In this document: positions 56,185 to 64,000 of the stretch, piece by piece
Position numbering within the stretch: position 1 is the first letter of the stretch
Layout of the letters: each line of letters opens with the position of its first letter
DNA from: Amoebidium appalachense
Taxonomy: Eukaryota > Protista > Ichthyosporea
Direction: 5' to 3'
NCBI GenBank assembly: GCA_963693365.1
Contig: CAVNZM010000012.1
Coordinates: forward strand, 248,001-312,000
Length of the DNA stretch: 64,000 nucleotides
Position numbers and translations under genes: made by a program
Notes under the pieces: model-generated
What the model was told of the DNA's origin: nothing
What the model saw: only the letters and a program-made list of their open reading frames with translations
The model's database searches: none

Positions 56185-57066
56185 AGAGGGGGGAGGGGGT
56201 GTTTAGAGGAGGAACGGGGGAGGGGGGGGGGGGGGGGGGGGAGCAAACCTTGACTGAGCGTGGTGCTGCAGGGCTCTTTTTTGTGACCGACCCGCTGGTT
56301 GCCGCCCTGCCATGCAACCAGTGATGAGTGAGATGCACGTTCGCGCATGCTGCACTTATGCGTGCATACTGCCTTTAGTGGGTGCCCATACATGGGCGGC
56401 AGGGGGGGGGGGGGGGGGGGAGGGGGATGTATGCAATAGAGGGCTTCAATGTGAAGAAAGTAGACACTAAAAGACAATACACACCACGTCACAAAAACCC
56501 GATATCAAGGGGGGGAAACACGTACGTATTTCTGTGCTGCAGCTCTATCTCCGACTGTGGTGTTGTCAGTAGCTGGTCTGTTGTGGCGCTAGTGGGTAGA
56601 TCCAGGGCACCAGAGGGAGGCACTGGGGCAGGGGCAGGGCGGATGGACATGTAGAGGGGCTGGGCACTGCTGATGATGGGCACACAGTGGTAGCGCACAC
56701 CGTTGATCTCGTGCACCTGCCCACACACACGTGAGTGCCTGGCTTAGGCTAGCTGCCCGTCCACACGTGCGTGTGCACTTGTGCAGCTGCGCATATGCTG
56801 TCATGTGTGCACACACTGCCACGGCCGAATATGGATTCTTTAACAAAATGATGTCACGGTCGTTATACACGTGTTTAAGGATAACTGCCCCCCCCCCCCC
56901 CCCCCCCCCCCCCACTCCCCCATACTCATATTCCCCTCCTGCCCCCGGAGTGTCCCCTCCCCTCACACATGCAGGCGCAGGGATATCCACTCATCACCAC
57001 CCACCACATGCACACGAATCCAGAACATACAAGTGCACGAACGTGTGCACACATGCACGAGACATG

Positions 57067-57097
<31 letters not shown>

Positions 57098-57107
57098 GCC
57101 CACCCAC

Positions 57108-57183
<76 letters not shown>

Positions 57184-57955
57184 CTGCGCCCTCCGCAACC
57201 TCATCCTCCGCTCCTACGGCCTGCTTTGCGACACTCAGCTGCAGCAGGGAGTGGAAGGGTGCCCTGCATATGGGGCACTTTGCCGCCTGATTTCTAAGCA
57301 CCTGTGCACATGCAGCACACAGGCACAGGTGTCGACAGGGCAGAACCAACGTGTCCCTGTGGTCACTCATGCACACCACACACGTGCGGTTCTCATCTTC
57401 ATCATCGCTGTCTGCATCATCCCCCCCTGTGTGCGGGACCTCCTCCATGCCGTATATTTCCTGCAGCATGTAGCTGCTCCCGTACACCTGCACAAACACG
57501 TGTCAGGCACGTGCACACACCACACCATGCCCCACACACAACACCATGCCCCGTGCACGTAATCAGTTGATGCACGTGTACCATGAGAATAACAGCACAC
57601 CAGTTTTTTCTTCTATACCACATGCACGTGTGGGTGTGTGTATGCGGCTCGCCTTTGCACAAGGACCAGTCACCCAAAACACATGCAGAACTCCCGCACA
57701 GCCACAAGAAATGGGTCCTCTAACAGAGTTCAGACGCACACCCCCACTCCAACAAGGCAGGCAGGCAGGCAGGCAGGCAGGCACGTACGGTGATCTTCTG
57801 CTTGAGCACGGAGGGCACGTATGCCGTTGGGCCGGATTCCTCGAAGGACACCAGGGTGGCCTGTGCCTGCGCCGGTGCCGCACCTGCACACACACGTCAC
57901 TCCATGCACACCGGCAAATCTCCTGATGCGTGCTAACCGTACTGTTCCCAGCTCT

Positions 57956-58003
<48 letters not shown>

Positions 58004-59392
58004 TCCTCCTCCCAAAGAAAAAAAAAAAAAAAAAAAAAAAGAGCACCGTAGGTCATCTCTCCATCGGGACTGTGTGCCCCATCCCTCCACATCCAATAGA
58101 CACGGTCAAGCACATCCCCTATGCTGCTCCTCCAAAGCGACTCCACAAACACCACACTCACTATTTGCACAGCCCTGGCTCACCTGGTGCCGTGGGCCTC
58201 GCCTCGATGAGGATGACCAGTGGTATGCGGCCTTTACCCCCGTATCTGCGATCCTGTTCAGCCAGCAGTGACAGATCCAGCGTCCAGTCATGAGTGAAGG
58301 CAACACCACAGCCGGCATCAAACGGGTAGCTGGGTGAGCAGGTGCTGCCCTGGTAGCTGCACGGAGAGGGGGGGGGGGGGGGGGTTCAGAATGTGTTACA
58401 GTTACAGAGTACATAAGTATGCATTCATGACGGACAACACAAGGCAGAGTGCAAACCACACAAAGATATGCATAATAAGCAGGGCCCATCCTCCCCGGCG
58501 GCGCGGGGATGGGGGGGGGGGGTTATTCGTTCACGACGGACAACACAACACAACACATATAGAGTATGGATTACAAGCCGAGCCCACCGGTGGGTCTGCG
58601 GGGAGACCGAAGTACATCCATTATCGCTAGCACGAGACACGCACTGCACACACCACACCAACCGACCATAGTACACAGCATACAAACACGGCACCTACCC
58701 CGACGGGCCATTATCCTCCACGGCCCCCATCATCAATGTGACATTACACGGCTGCAGCGCATCAAAAGCAAACTCTACCCGATATAACATGTGTCTGGGT
58801 GGCTGGCCCTCCACAGGATCCCCCTCCGCCCCCACCTTAACCAGTCTGAGTGTGGCTCTCTTAAGGTGGTAGTGTGCACTGATGGCAACGGTGTAGTTCT
58901 CACACGTCAGACCGTGCCTTCCCTCCTGCACACAATGCATCGAAGTTTCAGTCCATAGGCATCAACGTGGTGTCAGTGGCTGGGGCTGCTAGCACTTATT
59001 TTAAAAAATTTGGTGTGGCGTTTCTCTTGGCTCCTTTATATGACAATCAAGTAATCTCTAGAAGGGGGCGCCAGTGCCGCATACAGGCACAGCAAATCAG
59101 ATATCCTGATGTCAGAATAACGTACGAATGATCTCATATTGGTGTCACCCCGGAATATGCCCACATAGACCATATAGTCGATAGAATACCGCAGAGGTTT
59201 GGGGGCTGCGACTTCTACCATGCATATTAAATGGAATGTTCCGGCGTCTATCACTAAGCAGGCAACAACAAAAGTCCAAGAAAATTTCTAATCAAAATGC
59301 AGCGAAGTCGTGCGTCATTTCGGAGAGCTGGTTGTAGACAAACACCATCAGAAGTGGTCATGTGTAGAGTCCAGGGATCAAGCTCTCCCATT

Positions 59393-59466
<74 letters not shown>

Positions 59467-59613
59467 TGTGTGCGTGCACGTGTTGGGAGTACGTGTGTGT
59501 GTGTGTGTCTATGTGTCTGCGTGTGCGTGTGCGTGTGCGTGCGTGTGTGTGTGTATGTGTGTGTGTGTGTGTGTATCTGAATGTTATGGTGTGTGTGCGC
59601 GCTCGCATGTATG

Positions 59614-59646
<33 letters not shown>

Positions 59647-61201
59647 CGTAACACGAGCATACACCAGGGCCTGTGTGTCTGTGACTGTAGGTGTATGTAT
59701 ATACGTGGGTGCCTATGTGCATATGTGCGTGTGTCCGTGTGCATGTGCCTGTGTAGTACGCGGCGTGTGTGCGCGCGGATGTGTGCGTGTGTGTTTAGGT
59801 GTGTATCTGCACGAGCGCGTGCACGAGTATGCAAGTGTGTGCACACGTCTACGCGCATTTGTGTCTGCTCGTGCTCGTGCGCATGCGCTTCCACAAGTGC
59901 AAGTAAGTGCGTCAATGTGTCCATGCGTGCATGTTTAATTACTTGCTTGGCTGTTTGGTTTTTGTCTGCCTGTTTGTTTGCGGCAAATCTGTGTGTGTGT
60001 GCGCGCAGGTGCAGGTGCACGGGTTTTCTAGATGTGTGCTTATGTGTGCCAGCAAGGCTGTACCGATGTGTATTTGCGGCTATCTAGCCTACCTGTGTTG
60101 CTACCTGTTTTGGCAAGAAGGAGACATCAGTCATGGCCCCAAACAGAAACGCTTCCGGCTGCAGCGCTGCAAACTTCTCCCCTCCCATCATGAAGTGGCT
60201 GCCAAACACCCCCGCTGTTTACCCACCCACGTCAATATATACATCTTTCATGTGGTCCGTGCATGTAACCAAACTTGCTGCCACCTACAGCGTGGCGTGT
60301 ACACACTTGCAATAAGGATGTTTCCTTGGGGTGTGGAAAGTATGGCAGGTATGTCTGTACGCAGCCCTGTCGAATTCGTGCGTGTGGGTGCACACGTGCT
60401 TGACCTAAGTGGATCGTGCTCAAACGTGAATAATGTGCATGTCACTTTTAAGTGCACGTGTATGTGTGCTTGTCTACATTAGCATACTAGTGGGTCTAAA
60501 ATTGCATGTGAGTGCATGTGTGCAAGTGCAGCTTGTGTGCTCTTGTCTGTGTGAGCAGCACGATGGGCAACGCTGTATGTTTGTAAACAGAAGTTTTTTA
60601 TCTCTATCTATGGATTTGGTGCTGCAGCCAGGCACGTGGCAACTCAAGCAATACTTGCATGTTTGTGTGGGTAAGTCCGTGTGTGCATGCGCGCTCGTGC
60701 TAAAGTGGCTTGCTGCATACAGAAATACTTGTCAGATGAACGTGTATTGAGCAGTGGCGTGTTCATGGAGCTTACGACCTTGCATTATGACAGACTAAAG
60801 GTAGCCCGCCCTTCACCCTCCTACCAGTGAGACATGCACAAACACCCCCGTAGCACGTGCAGGAGAACACAGCAGCCAAACACACAGCCTGCAGTCACGA
60901 AGCATAGTTGGGGTGCATGTTTTTTTTTTGGAAAAGAAAGCACAAAAAGATGTGGTAGGGACAAGAAACAGCCAAAAGGCTCGATAGAAGCGTCTGGTTT
61001 TGCACACTCTATAACTCACACCAGCCCATATTCACCCAGGTCAACAAGCCAAGTATACAGCGCCAAACATGGAAGCCTACCGGGTGGGGGTGGGCCCGTC
61101 TGCTTTGGCCTCCGGGTGGTGCTGGTTGGTGCCACTGTGGGGCCTTCTCCCTCCGCACCCACGCGGAAGTTTTCCCGCCAATTGCTAATTGCGTTGCCCA
61201 T
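55810..61201 (-). CDS. MGRN1: MGRN1/RNF157 (Mahogunin/LOG2-type) C3HC4 RING E3 ubiquitin ligase, 9 coding exons
   Basis: Exons: 61201-61081 (MGNAIS, N-myristoylation motif), 60214-60093 ([12 protein letters not shown]...PEAFLFG), 58925-58699, 58356-58184, 57883-57789 (VLKQKI), 57487-57182 (YMLQEIYG...[40 protein letters not shown]), 56716-56526, 56306-56249, 55899-55810 (TAG). Phases are consistent. Confidence 0.93.
57182..57487 (-). CDS. MGRN1: RING-finger exon of the MGRN1/RNF157 homolog
   Basis: Within ORF 56963..57499. Pattern C-x2-C-x11-C-x-H-x3-C-x2-C-x10-C-x2-C preceded by LQEIYG. Confidence 0.95.
58385..58590 (-). repeat. Dispersed intronic element, copy C (58385-58493) and partial copy D (58523-58590), in an MGRN1 intron
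   Basis: Reverse complement of C: GAGGATGGGCCCTGCTTATTATGCATATCTTTGTGTGGTTTGCACTCTGCCTTGTGTTGTCCGT. D: TGGGCTCGGCTTGTAATCCATACTCTAT...TGTGTTGTCCGT. Each ends in a C run. Confidence 0.8.
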
Positions 61202-61949
61202 GTTGGCGTAACAGACGGAAGCCACACCACAAAATAGCAAAAGGTTGTTGTGTTGGTTGGGTCCTGCTTTGTTCTCGTGTGCCAACCCCAAGAGTATATG
61301 TGAAGGGGAAATAACCAGATAGATGAGCTCTATACGCTTATAACTGTACGTGAACGAACCCTTTTGGCGCCATACTTTTATTACTGGCACAGCACCACGG
61401 GACGCTAAAATCGCCTAAGCACGTGACTAAAACACGCTGTTGCCCATCCCTGTGGGTCACGTAGATTTGGTGAGCGCCTATGCGCTCCCGTCTTGCACTG
61501 CCTCACGCGTGCCTTTGCTACTTTGAAATGGAAACGTCTGTGGTGCACTACAAAAATTTAGCTAACTTGTATACTCATAAACAATAACTGTTCTTCTACT
61601 CAGCTCTAGCGTCATACCAGACAACTTCAATGTTTCCTGTTCTGCGCTGCCGGGCTGTCTGGCAGACACTCAGACTGTGGGCGGGCGGGGGCGCCCAGCT
61701 GTGCGAGCCTCCCGGGGAGATGGGCAAAGCAGAATGCCATTCGCACCATTCGTGGGTGTTATGTTGATGACTTTTCACAGCTGTATACTGTAGAAGTCAA
61801 CTTATATACCGTCAGATAAATTTAATTAGCTGATTTTATACGTTTTAGAATAATTTCTTGCGGAAAAAAGGCTATTTTTCGAGAAATTCGAAGGTGCCCG
61901 GTTCATGTTTTATTTTGCTAGAAGTTTTACCCTATCTCTGCTGGCATAA

Positions 61950-62270
61950 GTACTGATTGGTCCACTTTTACTAATCCAATCGCAAAGCGCATTGGCCGCG
62001 GCTGTAAAAGTGACATTCGGGCTGCAAACTGCAAATGAAGTAGTAATATACCTAGTATAAATATATTCTATATTCCGCTATAAACGTTTTTTTTTTATTT
62101 TTTTCTTGCGTTCTAATTTATTACCCTGCCCTCGAACAGCGCAAACTATGCCACTGTGCCAGGTGCACGCCCGGGCTCCACGCCTCACCATCTAGAGTTC
62201 ATATGATGACGTCATCACTCTGCTGTATGCATCCACATTACGTACTGTTATCTAAGGCATAATTGATTGG
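61950..62270. promoter_or_regulatory. Divergent promoter region between MGRN1 and the next gene: CCAAT boxes and an extended CRE palindrome
   Basis: ATTGG 61956-61960, CCAAT 61976-61980, ATTGG 61991-61995, TGATGACGTCATCA 62204-62217, ATTGG 62266-62270. Confidence 0.45.
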
Positions 62271-62773
62271 AACCACAATGACGACGGTTTATTATTTTCA
62301 AATACATAAATAATACTAATCGTTGGAATCTGTTTTAGTTAATCTTCTTTTTTGGGAGGCCCCCCGTTTGATGTGAGCAGCTTCAAGGCAGAGCCTGGCA
62401 GCGAACGCCGAAGACTCTCGGATCTATTTGAGGATATTGCTTCATGTGATTGGTTGTTGCCATGTCGCGTACAGGCTTGGTCACGTATACACTACCCTGT
62501 CTCCTCTGTAACGGAAGAACTAAATCTGTACCCTATGTACCTACTCCTTTCCCCTGTATTCGTTGTAGTTTATTAGCGGCATGTATGCCCCGGTGACCCA
62601 GCTGGGGCACCACTATTAGAACACCCACACACTATAGCTACTTCCACCCACTGCAACCATTGTTCCCCTTTTTTTTTTTTTCCGGCTGTAATGCTGTGTA
62701 ATGTTTAGTTCTAGGGTCACGCCGTAAGTTGCATGAAAACTACATACATTAGTTGCCCTGTTGCGTCTCCAGC

Positions 62774-63391
62774 ATGTCACGTGGCACCCACCACCGCATG
62801 GGTACCCCATGGACATGTTTTCAGACTCAACCAACCTCGGGAGGTGGGGGAAGAACACGGAGATGCCTTAGTCGCACGCTGCCGTTTATCTACCTGGGAC
62901 TGGCTACACTGGGTGTGCGTGCCGTGTGGAGACAAACAGGTGGTGAAGACGTGCACGTGGACGAAGACACACACACAGCAGGCAGTCACGTGTTTCACCT
63001 CCGCGAAGCACGTGCAGCGGGGGAATATGGCGAACCACGTGACCTGCACGCACTCAGTTTTGCTATGGCACACATAGAGCGCAGTGACCCAGTCCCACAG
63101 TTAAAGACAGGCACACATAGTAATGGCAGGCAAATATTACAACCTGTGCAACTAGGCCAGCAAGAAAATATCGATACACAGGCACAGGAGGGCGTGGCTA
63201 AAAAACCTGATACGGAAACAGAAAACGAAAGTGCAGTGGTTGCCCATGGTGAAGGTGAAGGCAGGGTGCCTGTATCAAATGTGGATGCTGCCATGGTGCC
63301 GGGGCACATGGTCGCACCGGTTGAGTTTGTGCTCACGCCAAGACACGCACAGGATCCGAAAATACTCACAGCACTAGCACCAAACTCACAT
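62774..63391 (+). CDS. First coding exon of a probable type II membrane protein (3'-partial)
   Basis: Non-repetitive open frame: basic stretch RTRRCLSR, hydrophobic segment TLPFIYLGLATLGVRAVW, then a polar stem. Consensus donor GTAAGT at 63392. Candidate 49-nt 5'UTR intron at 62724-62772. Confidence 0.65.
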
Positions 63392-64000
63392 GTAAGTGCC
63401 CTCCCGTGTGTGCATCCACTTCACCGGTTGAGTAGCAATGTGAATGATTATCGCGGAAAAATTCACATGTGCGTCCTTTTTTATTTTTTCATTTTTTTCA
63501 TTTTTTCATTTTTTCTTCTGAAAAGTCCCGTTTCTTATTGTGTCTTACTGTACAGAGCCTGCTTCAGGTGGGTTGAAAAAAAAAATCTGATCAACTTCTG
63601 CTGATATAATCTTTCGGCTTTTTTTTCGTTATCCTGTTTTGCCTTCTGACGTTAAACTTTCAACCTAATTGGGGCTAACTAACACTGTAAACGGGCTGGT
63701 AACCCCTCCCTAAGGGCCAGGCAACTCCTGCACACGTTTGCAGCACTCTTGGCATGAACACACCCATGCACGTGCGTGAGCGTATCACACGAGCGTATGG
63801 AAACACTCTGAGCACACAGACACACACACGTACATGCACATAAGCGCATCATGGCATGCTATCATGCATGCCCACACGCGAGGAGAGTGAGACACGCGTG
63901 CACAGTACAGTACACACACACATGCAGAAATGTTCCCACACATGATGCACACACTCAAACCCAGGCAGACATGTGCGCATGCATGCACACGTACACACAC

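Noticed and set aside
61590-61785. GC-rich stretch considered as a structured ncRNA (RNase P/MRP, snRNA)
   Set aside because: No diagnostic conserved boxes found. More likely 5'UTR or promoter of MGRN1.

Overview
Eukaryotic, very intron-rich DNA read with the standard genetic code. Introns are filled with (CA)n/(GT)n, poly-G/poly-C, (GA)n and short minisatellites, so nearly all ORFs in the supplied track are repeat artefacts. Splicing by hand at GT-AG boundaries gives six gene models. (1) The 5' part of a CBP/p300 acetyltransferase (minus; TAZ1, KIX, bromodomain, start of RING; runs off the left edge). (2) A complete 29-exon DDX11/Chl1 Fe-S helicase (plus). (3) An orphan Cys-rich multi-exon gene (minus, 36.6-39.3 kb). 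(4) A GMAP-210/TRIP11 golgin (minus), with an apparent 1-nt frameshift at a homopolymer. (5) An MGRN1/RNF157 RING E3 ligase (minus). (6) The first coding exon of a probable type II membrane protein (plus). There is also an intact non-autonomous hAT element with 14-bp TIRs and an 8-bp TSD. The gene set is animal-like but divergent, suggesting a unicellular holozoan (inference only). The most unusual signals are a ~130-bp dispersed intronic element family embedded in poly-C tracts and oriented sense to its host genes, 3' splice sites that use (CA)n in place of a polypyrimidine tract, complementary simple repeats at opposite ends of introns, and minisatellites made from copies of splice sites. 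All exon coordinates were read by eye and need RNA-seq confirmation.
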